Positions 49,065 to 59,682 of a stretch of DNA of 62,000 nucleotides are shown here, piece by piece (within the stretch, counting starts at the first letter, position 1; each line of letters opens with the position of its first letter). This DNA comes from Hyalangium minutum (lineage in GTDB: Bacteria; Myxococcota; Myxococcia; Myxococcales; Myxococcaceae), in the NCBI RefSeq assembly GCF_000737315.1, contig NZ_JMCB01000005.1, positions 82,001 to 144,000 on the forward strand, in the 5' to 3' direction. The position numbers were made by a program, and so were the translations under genes. The notes under the pieces are model-generated. The model was not told where the DNA came from, ran no database searches, and worked only from the letters and a program-made list of their open reading frames with translations.

Positions 49065-49487
49065 ATGCGCTTCATGATGCTGATGATTCCCAAGGGGTAC
49101 GAGAAGGCCGCGCCGGGCACGATGCCAGACGCCACGGCCGTTGCCGCGATGATGAAGTACAACGAGTCCCTGCAGAAGGCCGGCGTGCTGCTCGCGCTCG
49201 ATGGCCTGCACCCGCCCTCCATGGGCGCGCGCATCTCGTTCTCGGGGGGCAAGCCCAAGGTGACCGATGGGCCCTTCGCCGAGACCAAGGAAGTGCTCGG
49301 CGGCTACTGGATGATCCAGGTGAAGTCCAAGGAAGAGGCCATCGAGTGGGCGTCGCGCTGCCCTGCTTCGGACAACGAGGTGATCGAGCTTCGCCAGGTG
49401 CAGGAGTTCGCGGACTTCCCCACGGATGTTCAGCAGGAACTGGGGAAGTTTTCCGATCACTCCATCCTGAAGATGAACGCGTCGTAG
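49065..49487 (+). CDS. YciI family protein (DGPF type)
   Basis: LALDGLHP, TDGPFAETKEVLGGYW...EAIEWA. Confidence 0.9.
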   Translation: MRFMMLMIPKGYEKAAPGTMPDATAVAAMMKYNESLQKAGVLLALDGLHPPSMGARISFSGGKPKVTDGPFAETKEVLGGYWMIQVKSKEEAIEWASRCPASDNEVIELRQVQEFADFPTDVQQELGKFSDHSILKMNAS

Positions 49488-50884
49488 TTGCGGGGCAGGG
49501 AGGGTTCAACCTTCCCGGTGCCGAAATCCACCGGCATGGAGAACGAACCGGCCAGCGTGACGTCACCGTGCCGGGTGACAGACAGAGCGGACATGGGCGC
49601 GCCGTCCGAGCTGAAGGTGCGTACCCTCTGCTGGTGACCCTGCCCCCACGTGAACCGGCTGACAACCGAGTAGAGGCTGCTCGTGGAAGGCAGCGGTCCC
49701 GTGCCCACGTCATCGCTCGGAAACGCGTAGCCGAGCACCGTCATGCCGTCCTCCTGGGCCGAGTCCACCTGCATGACGCTTCCACCGAGCGTCTGTCCCC
49801 ACCGGTCCCCTCCATTCCGCGTCATCGCGAGCACCAGACCGCTGCTGCCTACAGGGCGTGCGGTGAAGGTGTGCCCGCCGAACTTGAAACGGCCGCGGAA
49901 CTCCCCCGTCACGACGACGCGGTTGCCATGCACCGCGACATCATGGAACTTCGTCATGTCCGTCATTCCCTCCAGCGTGCGGGACCAGACATGCCCGCCG
50001 GATGGGGTGTAGCGGGCGACCACGGCCGTCTCGCCGCCAAAGGGGGACCCCGGGTGCAGCGGGCCGCCGCCGAAGTCGGACTCCGCCGTGAAGTAGCCTG
50101 CGACATGGATGAAGTTGTGCTCGTCGGTGGTCACGGCCCAGAAGACACTGGTGTCCGGCGTGTCGAAGACGCGATCCACCACATATGCGCCGTCCCGTGT
50201 GTACTTCACGAAGAAGGCGCCCTCGACCGAGGCCGAGCGCGGGCCACCGCCGAAATCCGCTGTCCCTGACATGGAGCCCGCCAGGAGGATGTTGTCGTCG
50301 CCGTCCACGGTCAGCCCGGAGGCGAAGCCAAAGTACCCCTGCAGGTGGCGCGCCCAGCGAACAGTCCCGTCATGGGAAAATTGCGCGAGGAAAAAGCCGG
50401 GCCCCACCGAGACTCCTCCGAAATCCGCCCCGAGCTCGGCATATCCGTACACGGTGATGTTGCGCTGGCGGTCGACCGTGACATTGCCGAACTCCGTCTC
50501 GGGGAACTCGGAGCCCGCCGGCGCACCGTAGCCGTGGGCCCAGAGCAGCTGGCCATTTCGCGCATATTTCACGATGAAGGCGCGAGGGCGCGACGTGTCC
50601 TCCTCCGGCGGCAGCGGGCCGCTTCCGAAGTCCGGCGATCCCTGGTAGTTGCCGACCAGGATGCTGGCGTCATCCCTGTCCGTCGCGAGCCTTCCCGCGA
50701 AGACGTTTCCCTCCAGGGTCGCGGCGCTGCGGCGCAGCCAGCGCGTGTGCCAGCCGCGGTTCACCTGCTGCTCCACGTGGGCCAGCGGAGCGTCCAACTC
50801 GGACACCTCCGAGACACTCGGGCCACACGCTCCCCACAGCGTGGCCCACGAAAGCAGCAACTTCCAGGCGCGCCTGCTCGACAT
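49457..50884 (-). CDS. Predicted seven-bladed beta-propeller lipoprotein
   Basis: Lipobox-like WGAC; seven repeats containing DFG.G (PDFGSGP, ADFGGVS, ADFGGGP, SDFGGGP, FKFGGHT, DDVGTGP, VDFGTGK). Confidence 0.7.
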   Translation of the reverse strand: MSSRRAWKLLLSWATLWGACGPSVSEVSELDAPLAHVEQQVNRGWHTRWLRRSAATLEGNVFAGRLATDRDDASILVGNYQGSPDFGSGPLPPEEDTSRPRAFIVKYARNGQLLWAHGYGAPAGSEFPETEFGNVTVDRQRNITVYGYAELGADFGGVSVGPGFFLAQFSHDGTVRWARHLQGYFGFASGLTVDGDDNILLAGSMSGTADFGGGPRSASVEGAFFVKYTRDGAYVVDRVFDTPDTSVFWAVTTDEHNFIHVAGYFTAESDFGGGPLHPGSPFGGETAVVARYTPSGGHVWSRTLEGMTDMTKFHDVAVHGNRVVVTGEFRGRFKFGGHTFTARPVGSSGLVLAMTRNGGDRWGQTLGGSVMQVDSAQEDGMTVLGYAFPSDDVGTGPLPSTSSLYSVVSRFTWGQGHQQRVRTFSSDGAPMSALSVTRHGDVTLAGSFSMPVDFGTGKVEPSLPRNYDAFIFRME

Positions 50885-51088
50885 GGTCTTCCCCCCTCGT
50901 GGAGACTCCTGCCAGCGCCAAGCCTGGCGGGGCGGAGCAGGGTCGCCATCAACGGCCGTCCTGTCTCTCGTTCGTCAGTTCATGGGGCTATCCAGCTCTC
51001 GACGCAGTTCCGCGCCCACACTCTGGGGGCAGGGCTGTGAGTCCGCGCGTAGGATGGTGGGCCCTACGAAGCTCAGAGGTTCATCTCG

Positions 51089-52564
51089 ATGCTCAAGCCC
51101 GTTACGCTCTTGCTTCTTCTCGCCTCCCCGGCACTGGCCCGGCAGGTGAATGTCTCCTCGGTGTCCCAGCTCCAGTCGGCCCTCGCGGGTGCGCAAGCCG
51201 GGGATGAAATCATCCTCGCGGACGGCACCTATGCGGTGAACGCCAACCTGAGCTGCACGGCGAGTGGGACAGCTCAGGCCCCCATCGTCGTACGCGCGCA
51301 GAACCGGCTGGGCGCGAGCGTCCGCTTCAATGCGACGGAGGGCTTCAAGGTCTCCGGCGCCTATTGGACCTTCGACGGGCTCGACGTCCAGGGCGTCTGC
51401 GCAAGCGACAGTAACTGTGAGCACGCCTTCCACGTCACGGGCCGCGCCGAGAACTTCGTCTTGCGCAACAGCCGGGTGCGCGACTTCAACGCACAGCTCA
51501 AGGTGAATGCCTCCCAGAACGGAGCCACGTGGGACATTCCCCACCGGGGACTCATCGAGCACAACGAGCTGGCCGACACCCGCTCTCGGGCGACTTCCAA
51601 TCCGGTGACGAAGCTCAACATCGATACAGGCGACAACTGGATCGTCCGCGACAACCTCATCCACGACTTCCACAAGAACGGCGGGGACTTCGTCTCCTAT
51701 GGCGCGTTCATGAAGAGCGGTGGCAACAACGGCGTGTTCGAGCGCAACCTCGTGCTGTGCACCCGGGATGTGACCACTGGCGGTACACGCATCGGGCTGT
51801 CCTTCGGAGGCGGCGGGACGGGCGGTGCCTTCTGCGCGCCGGCCTTCAATGCCAGTGTGCCGTGCGACCCCGAGCACACCGGTGGCACGATGCGCAACAA
51901 CGTCATCGCCAACTGCTCGGATGTCGGCATCTACCTGAACAAGGCCCGCTCCACGCAGGTGCTCTTCAATACCCTCATCTCCACTTCGGGCGTGGACTTC
52001 CGCTTTGCTTCGAGCACGGGCTCCGCGCACGGCAACGTGATGGCGGGGACTGTGCGTGGACGGGAGGGTGGCACGTTCGAGGCCGGCACCAACCTGCTCA
52101 ACGTGACTTCGGCCACCTTCTCCGGCTGGTACCAGGAGCCGCTGAAGGGAAACCTCACGGTTCGAGGGGACGTGTCCACCTTGATCGGCGCTGCGGCGGC
52201 CCGCGCGCAGGTGGTGGATGACTTCTGCGGCCGGCCCCGTCCGGCTCAGGGTGCGTACACGTTGGGAGCCCTGGAGCACTCGCTCGGGGACTGCTCGGGC
52301 GGGTCTACCGATGGGGGCAGCACCGCTCCTGACGCGGGTAGCGGCAACGGGGGCTTGGACGGAGGCTCGGACGGAGGCATCCCTTCGCCTGGCGACGCGG
52401 GAGTGGGCAACGACGGGGGAGCGGGCGCGGAGAGCCCCCCCGATGAGGAGGCAGCCGGTGGATGCGGCTGCTCCTCGAACTCGGGGGTGAACGCCACGCT
52501 CCTGCTCATGGCGCTGGGGCTTCTGGCGCTCTCCAGCCACCGGCGCTCACTCGGCCGGAAGTAG
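51089..52564 (+). CDS. Secreted right-handed beta-helix (chondroitinase-B-like) protein with MYXO-CTERM-like anchor
   Basis: Signal peptide; AQAGDEIILADGTY start typical of beta-helix lyase-like proteins; DGG/DAG linker; tail GGCGCSS-TM-RR. Confidence 0.75.
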   Translation: MLKPVTLLLLLASPALARQVNVSSVSQLQSALAGAQAGDEIILADGTYAVNANLSCTASGTAQAPIVVRAQNRLGASVRFNATEGFKVSGAYWTFDGLDVQGVCASDSNCEHAFHVTGRAENFVLRNSRVRDFNAQLKVNASQNGATWDIPHRGLIEHNELADTRSRATSNPVTKLNIDTGDNWIVRDNLIHDFHKNGGDFVSYGAFMKSGGNNGVFERNLVLCTRDVTTGGTRIGLSFGGGGTGGAFCAPAFNASVPCDPEHTGGTMRNNVIANCSDVGIYLNKARSTQVLFNTLISTSGVDFRFASSTGSAHGNVMAGTVRGREGGTFEAGTNLLNVTSATFSGWYQEPLKGNLTVRGDVSTLIGAAAARAQVVDDFCGRPRPAQGAYTLGALEHSLGDCSGGSTDGGSTAPDAGSGNGGLDGGSDGGIPSPGDAGVGNDGGAGAESPPDEEAAGGCGCSSNSGVNATLLLMALGLLALSSHRRSLGRK

Positions 52565-52581
52565 CTCCAGGAGGGAGGAAG

Positions 52582-54567
52582 CTACTGGCAGATCGCGCGC
52601 TCGCTCAGCGGGTTGATGTGGCCCTCGGCGTTGCCCGTCAGCGACAGGGCATAGATGCCACCGTCCCAGCTTCCATTGCTGAAGTCGATGCGCGCGGTGG
52701 GCGCCAGCACCGTGCCCCAGAAGCCGAAGCCGTGGGCCTGGATGCTCGTGGCGTCCACGAAGTTGTAGAGCACGCCGTTCTGATTGATGCCGCCGCTGAA
52801 CGAGGTGCCAAAGCCCGTGAAGGTGGCCGAGGCGCCCCGGATGTTGAGCACCGCCAGCGAGCCGGCGGGAGCATCGATGGACAGCAGCGCGGCGCCGGTG
52901 AAGGCACTGGCGTCCACATCGAAGAAGTTCATGTCCGGGGACGTGCCGTGCAGCAGGATGCCACCCCAGTTTGCGCGAGTCGTGGTGCCATTGGCCGGGT
53001 GACTGGCCAGTTGAGAGGACAGGTGACGCAACTCGGCGAAGCGGGCCGCGAAGTCGATGGGCGCGCCCAGAGCCGCGGCGCCGCGGGGGAAGACCACGGA
53101 GGGATTCGGGGTGTAGCTGCCCCCGTACCAGGCGTCGCCCCAGACACCGCCACGCGAGAGGTTCAGGCTGCCGCCCGCCACCAGCGTGTTTGCGGTGGCA
53201 CCGTCCGCCAGCCCCGAGCCCACCGCGAAGTCGGTCAGGGTGATGTTGCCGCCCGCCGCCACCTTGCCCTGCACGTCATGGCCCTGGCTGTAGTCCTCGA
53301 GCAGGAACAGGTTGTAGTCGCTCAGGTGGATGTTCGTGCCGTCGTCCACGGTGACGGTGAAGTTGCAGAACGCGGGAATGCCCCCGTTGTCCCTCGCGGA
53401 GCAGGTGACGGAGGTGGAGCCGCTCGGGAAGGAGCTCCCGGACTCGGACGAGCAGGTGATGGTGCCCGTGCCGCCGCAGTTGTCGCTGAAAGTGGGGGCG
53501 AAGGAGACCGAGCCGCCCTGCGTGCACGCGAGCTGGAGATCCGCCGGACACTGGAGCGTGGGCGGCGTGACATCCACCACGGTGACGGTGCCCGTGCACT
53601 GCGAGGAGTACCGGCCGTCGCTGACGATGAGGGTGACAGAGGTAGTGCCCAGCGGATAGGGGCCCGCCGGAGACTGCGTCAACTGGAGCGTGGAGCCGCT
53701 GAAGTCCGGGTCGTAACTGCCGCTGTCGATGGAGGCGGACGCGGTGCAGGCCGGGCCGGCGAGCTCAACGACATCGCGGCACGAGGCCTGGGGCGGCGTG
53801 TTCATGAAGCAGTGAGCGTTGCTCGGGCACCCATAGTAGACGCCCAGCAGTCCCTGTCCCGAGACGCTCTGGACGATGGACGTGTAGGGACTCCCAGGGT
53901 TCAGGACCGAGACCGAGTTGCCATTGCATGAATAGAGGGAGGGCACTCCCGAGACGAGGGAGTGCGCCGACATGCCACTGAAGTTGGCACACAGCCCGTT
54001 GTACGCAGGGGCGAGGCTCAGGCCGTAGACATTCAGGAACGGGTTCCAGAGGGCGGCCTCAGCGGAGGGGCCAACGCCCGTACCCGCGGCGATGTAGACG
54101 CCGCCGCCTTGCCCCACGTACTGGGTGAGCACGCTGAGGTCGACGGGATTTTCCGCGAGGAAGACGGCGTCGTACTGGAGCAGGTTGCTCAGGGTGAAGG
54201 GCACGCTGGTGGAAGTCGTCCAGGTGTGGCCCGCCTGGGTCATCACCGCAGCGAGGCTGCTCTCGCGAAGCCCGAAGTTGTTGGAATAGACGAGGAAGCG
54301 GCCGGGAGTTCCGCGGGTGAAGAAATGGGCCAGGTTCCGTGCGAAGGCCGCGGTGTTCGGGTTCGAATTGAACCCCGTGTTCGACAGGGTCCACTCGTCA
54401 TGACTGACGACGATCGTTCCCACACTGGAGTTGGACAGGGAATCCTCGCGCTGGCTCGGGACGGAGCTGGGGGCTTCGGGCTCTGGGGCCGGACCACACG
54501 CCCAGACGAGCGCACTCAGACACAGCCCTACCCATTGTGCACAAACCCCTCTCACGCTTCGCGTCAT
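52582..54567 (-). CDS. Choice-of-anchor A family lipoprotein with HYR/Ig domains
   Basis: GGAGGAG RBS; lipobox VWAC; DVTPPTLQCP..HYR module; C-terminal YNLFL...DVQGKVAAGGN...GTVLAP...GHINP. Confidence 0.78.
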   Translation of the reverse strand: MTRSVRGVCAQWVGLCLSALVWACGPAPEPEAPSSVPSQREDSLSNSSVGTIVVSHDEWTLSNTGFNSNPNTAAFARNLAHFFTRGTPGRFLVYSNNFGLRESSLAAVMTQAGHTWTTSTSVPFTLSNLLQYDAVFLAENPVDLSVLTQYVGQGGGVYIAAGTGVGPSAEAALWNPFLNVYGLSLAPAYNGLCANFSGMSAHSLVSGVPSLYSCNGNSVSVLNPGSPYTSIVQSVSGQGLLGVYYGCPSNAHCFMNTPPQASCRDVVELAGPACTASASIDSGSYDPDFSGSTLQLTQSPAGPYPLGTTSVTLIVSDGRYSSQCTGTVTVVDVTPPTLQCPADLQLACTQGGSVSFAPTFSDNCGGTGTITCSSESGSSFPSGSTSVTCSARDNGGIPAFCNFTVTVDDGTNIHLSDYNLFLLEDYSQGHDVQGKVAAGGNITLTDFAVGSGLADGATANTLVAGGSLNLSRGGVWGDAWYGGSYTPNPSVVFPRGAAALGAPIDFAARFAELRHLSSQLASHPANGTTTRANWGGILLHGTSPDMNFFDVDASAFTGAALLSIDAPAGSLAVLNIRGASATFTGFGTSFSGGINQNGVLYNFVDATSIQAHGFGFWGTVLAPTARIDFSNGSWDGGIYALSLTGNAEGHINPLSERAICQ

Positions 54568-54933
54568 GGTGATGTCTCCTCCAAAGGTGGTGGTGATGGC
54601 CGTCAGCAAGCTTCGAGCCAGACCAGGCCGAGTCCGCTTCTTACCTGGGATGGCTGTCACGCCGTGCCTGGAAGCGTGGGGAGAGGCCGCCGCCGACGCG
54701 TCGCCGACGTGTCGGGACATACCGACGCTGGGTGCTGACGCCATGCGGTGACGCATCAACGCCCAGCGATCATGGCAGTGCCTCTTCTGAGTAGGAGCGG
54801 ACTCGGCTCAAAGCAGAGGGCTGCGCTACATGGAAGCGGCGGCAGCGACGACGCGGCGCTCGCCTCGCTGCCTGGCCGAAGCAGAGCGGAGAGGCCTCTC
54901 CGACTGACAGGGTCGACTCCCTTCCGGCCGTGA

Positions 54934-54949
54934 TGGCAAGGGCTCTGCG
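54934..54949 (+). promoter_or_regulatory. Possible sigma54 promoter for aqpZ
   Basis: TGGCAAGGGCTCTGCG has GG and GC at the correct spacing, about 110 nt upstream of the aqpZ ATG; weaker match than the one at 20681. Confidence 0.35.
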
Positions 54950-55056
54950 CAAGCCTTTGCCGCCGCTCCTGAAGTGACCAGCCTCACTTTGGGCAGTGTG
55001 AATCCCTGCGACGGAAGCGGCCCGGGCCTGGGCGCTCCGTCCGATGGAGGTGGGTC

Positions 55057-55878
55057 ATGGCAAGCGACCGCGCGCGGACTGTGTCTTCGGCGGGAAACTC
55101 CGAGGCGCTCCGGAAGTACTTGGCGGAGTTCATCGGAACCTTCGTTCTGGTCGTGGGAGGCGTGGGAGCAGCCGTTATCGCGGGAGACCGCATCGGCTTT
55201 CTCGGCATCGCTTTCGCATTCGGGCTGTCGCTGCTCGCCATGGTCTACACCGTGGGCCCCATCTCAGGCTGTCACATCAACCCCGCAGTCACGCTGGGGC
55301 TGCTGCTCGCCGGGAAGATGGAGCGGCGGCATGCCCCCGGCTACATCCTGGCGCAATGCGCGGGAGCTTTGCTGGCCTCGGGGGTCGTGCTCCTGTGGGC
55401 CCAGGGAGCCCCGGAGGGCTACTCGGCCGCGGCCCAGGGGCTGGGAGCCAACGGGTTTGGCGCCCACTCGCCGGGACAGTACGGGGCGGGCGCGGCCTTC
55501 CTGGCCGAGATCATCCTCACTTTCTTGCTGGTGCTCACGGTCCTGGGCGCAACGGACTCCCGGGCGCCCGTGGGCTTCGCAGGGTTGGCGATTGGTCTCG
55601 TCCTCACGCTGATCCACCTGGTGGGCATTCCCCTCACGAACACGTCGGTGAACCCGGCGCGCAGCCTGGGTCCCGCGGTGTTCGTGGGGGGCTGGGCGCT
55701 GGAGCAGCTCTGGCTCTTCATCGTGGCTCCGCTCCTGGGAGGAGGCCTGGCGGCGGCGGTATATCGCACGGTGCGGAGCCCGGTAGAGACGCTCACCGCA
55801 GCCCAAGCCGAGCGTTCCCTGGAGAGCGAGCGCGCCGAGCGCCTGGCTCACCGCCGTCCGACGGAGACCCTGCCGTGA
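55057..55878 (+). CDS. aqpZ: Aquaporin Z (MIP family)
   Basis: AEFIGTF, ISGCHINPAVT and NTSVNPARS (two NPA motifs). Confidence 0.92.
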   Translation: MASDRARTVSSAGNSEALRKYLAEFIGTFVLVVGGVGAAVIAGDRIGFLGIAFAFGLSLLAMVYTVGPISGCHINPAVTLGLLLAGKMERRHAPGYILAQCAGALLASGVVLLWAQGAPEGYSAAAQGLGANGFGAHSPGQYGAGAAFLAEIILTFLLVLTVLGATDSRAPVGFAGLAIGLVLTLIHLVGIPLTNTSVNPARSLGPAVFVGGWALEQLWLFIVAPLLGGGLAAAVYRTVRSPVETLTAAQAERSLESERAERLAHRRPTETLP

Positions 55879-55887
55879 GCCCCCGCT

Positions 55888-55913
55888 GCTCTCTCTCGGG
55901 GGGAAGAGAGAGC
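55888..55913. terminator. Stem-loop between convergent aqpZ and ybdD
   Basis: 9-bp inverted repeat GCTCTCTCT/AGAGAGAGC; no strong U-tract on either strand. Confidence 0.35.
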
Positions 55914-55962
55914 CATCGTGGCGGCGCACGCAAAGTCCGCCGCCCCGTACGACGCTCGAAGC

Positions 55963-56166
55963 TCAGCAGCAGCGCCCGCCGCCCCTTCGATAGCGGGCCT
56001 GCATCCGCTCGTTGAAGAACTCCGCGTAGCTCATCACTGGCCGCTCCGGGTGGCGCAGGCGCATGTGCCGGACATAGGTGTCGTAGTCGGGCACGCCGAT
56101 GAGCAGCCGCGCTGTCTGCACGGCCCGGCGCCAGAGGTGTCCCAGCTCGTCTCGCAGCCGCTTCAT
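55963..56166 (-). CDS. ybdD: YbdD/YjiX family small protein
   Basis: LIGVPDYDTYVRHM...HP...MSYAEFF.ERM.ARY...RCC; lies directly after cstA, the usual pairing. Confidence 0.9.
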   Translation of the reverse strand: MKRLRDELGHLWRRAVQTARLLIGVPDYDTYVRHMRLRHPERPVMSYAEFFNERMQARYRRGGGRCC

Positions 56167-56167
56167 C

Positions 56168-58249
<2,082 letters not shown>

Positions 58250-58353
58250 CGCGCGAAGGTTTCCCACGGGGTGGGAGCCCGTCAATCACAAGTTCCTCCC
58301 CAGGGAGCAGACCGTTGTCTGGGAGGCGACAGCCCTTCGACGCGAGTTATCGG

Positions 58354-58554
58354 TCACAGCAGCGGGGACTGGATGACGTAGTAAAGGGATTCAAAGTACC
58401 GGTTCAGCGCATTGAGCATCATCACCAGATAGGGCCAGCCCAACGTGCCAAAGCCCAGCAGGGCTGCTGAGAAAGCGACGTACTCCACGGTGGATTGACC
58501 GCGGCTCCCGGCGAGGGGCCGGGAGGGCTCAGGGCGAAGCGTCCTGCTCTTCAT
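58354..58554 (-). CDS. Short Flp/TadE-like pilin (66 aa)
   Basis: Class III signal RG/QSTVEY followed by a hydrophobic helix; AAAGGA RBS; last gene of the Tad-like cluster. Confidence 0.7.
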   Translation of the reverse strand: MKSRTLRPEPSRPLAGSRGQSTVEYVAFSAALLGFGTLGWPYLVMMLNALNRYFESLYYVIQSPLL

Positions 58555-58837
58555 GGTCGGTCCTTTGAGGGAACAGGCAGTCGTTCCGGCATTCCTGCTC
58601 GACCTGCCAGCAGGCTTTGCGGCACAAGGAGAGCCCGCTTCCCGCGTGCTCCTCGCAGATGTCGGCGCACTTCTCTCGAGCGCTCGTGCAATCTTCTTTG
58701 CAGACGGCTTCCGGTTCGCGGCGGACGGGCTTCCCATGCGCCATGCCGCTCGAGAGGAGCCACAGGCCCCCCAGCGCCATGCCGCGCAGCACCGTCCAGG
58801 CCGCGCGCCGCGGCTTTCGGGCAGAGTGATGCATCAT
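58529..58837 (-). CDS. Small secreted Cys-rich protein (102 aa) with four CX3C motifs
   Basis: ATGA overlap with the upstream gene; basic n-region and hydrophobic h-region ending AHG; CKEDC-6-CADIC-10-CRKAC-6-CRNDC. Confidence 0.65.
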   Translation of the reverse strand: MMHHSARKPRRAAWTVLRGMALGGLWLLSSGMAHGKPVRREPEAVCKEDCTSAREKCADICEEHAGSGLSLCRKACWQVEQECRNDCLFPQRTDHEEQDASP

Positions 58838-59682
58838 TGCACCTGCTCCTGTGCGTCCAGCGTCAGCAGCACCAGGGCTCCTGGGCTCGAGGGCTTCACC
58901 AGGGCGGAAATCCGGTGAGCCCCTCGGCTTGCCATGAGGTGAGTGCCTTCGGTGGACTGCTCCACCTCCTGCACGGTCCAGCCCTGGTTCCCAAAAGTCG
59001 CTCGGTAGAAGGAGGCCAGCTCCGCCGCTCGCAGGTGAGGAACGTCCGCTTGGACGGAGTACCGCACCCGCCCCTCCTCGTGGAAGGTGAGCACCACGGG
59101 GGGAGAGGCTCCTTCGGGCATGGGCAGCTCCTGGGGCAGGGGCGTCTGGCCTTCCAGGAAGGAGTCCACCTGGCCACTCGACACGAAGACCAGCGTCTCG
59201 CCTCCTTGCGCGAGCACCGACACGAGGTGCGTCTCCTGGGTGGCGGGGTTCACATGCCCCACGTAGCCCGCGTTCGGGTTGTACCAGTGCTGCATGGCAG
59301 GCAGCCCTGCGTCGAGGATCGCCTGGTGGTAGAAGCCAAGCACCTGATCCGGTGTGTCTGACGTCGCGAACCACGCCACGGCGATGGGGGAGCCGGGGGC
59401 CAGATAGTCGGCTGCCATCGCGCGGGGCACGGCCCGAGGGTAAGGAGGTAGCTCCGAGGTCGCGCGCCGGATCACCTGCCGTTCGGACTCCGAGAAGGTG
59501 CCGGGGCCTCGAGGGGAACGCGGCAAGTCCGACTCTGGTGCGTCGTTCTCCACCTCTGCGTCGAACCGCTCCTCACCCGAGGCGCCACTCATCTCCCAGC
59601 CCGTTCCGATGAGCGCGCCGATGACCGCCACACAGAACAGCAGCAGGCTGCCTCGCAGCCAGGGGGACACGGTGTTGGACAT
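58834..59682 (-). CDS. Membrane-anchored hypothetical protein with an internal duplication
   Basis: GGAGGG RBS and TGATG coupling at 59682; one N-terminal TM; two modules ELP.YP/ELP.P...FY...L/F..(G). Confidence 0.75.
   Translation of the reverse strand: MSNTVSPWLRGSLLLFCVAVIGALIGTGWEMSGASGEERFDAEVENDAPESDLPRSPRGPGTFSESERQVIRRATSELPPYPRAVPRAMAADYLAPGSPIAVAWFATSDTPDQVLGFYHQAILDAGLPAMQHWYNPNAGYVGHVNPATQETHLVSVLAQGGETLVFVSSGQVDSFLEGQTPLPQELPMPEGASPPVVLTFHEEGRVRYSVQADVPHLRAAELASFYRATFGNQGWTVQEVEQSTEGTHLMASRGAHRISALVKPSSPGALVLLTLDAQEQVQ

Noticed and set aside
49457-49487. 31-nt convergent overlap of yciI and the propeller gene as antisense regulation
   Set aside because: Short 3' overlaps are common and need no special explanation.
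55963-55975. ybdD ends Cys-Cys-TGA, suggesting possible selenocysteine readthrough
   Set aside because: The family normally ends RCC and both Cys are already encoded; no evident SECIS-like hairpin or useful downstream frame.
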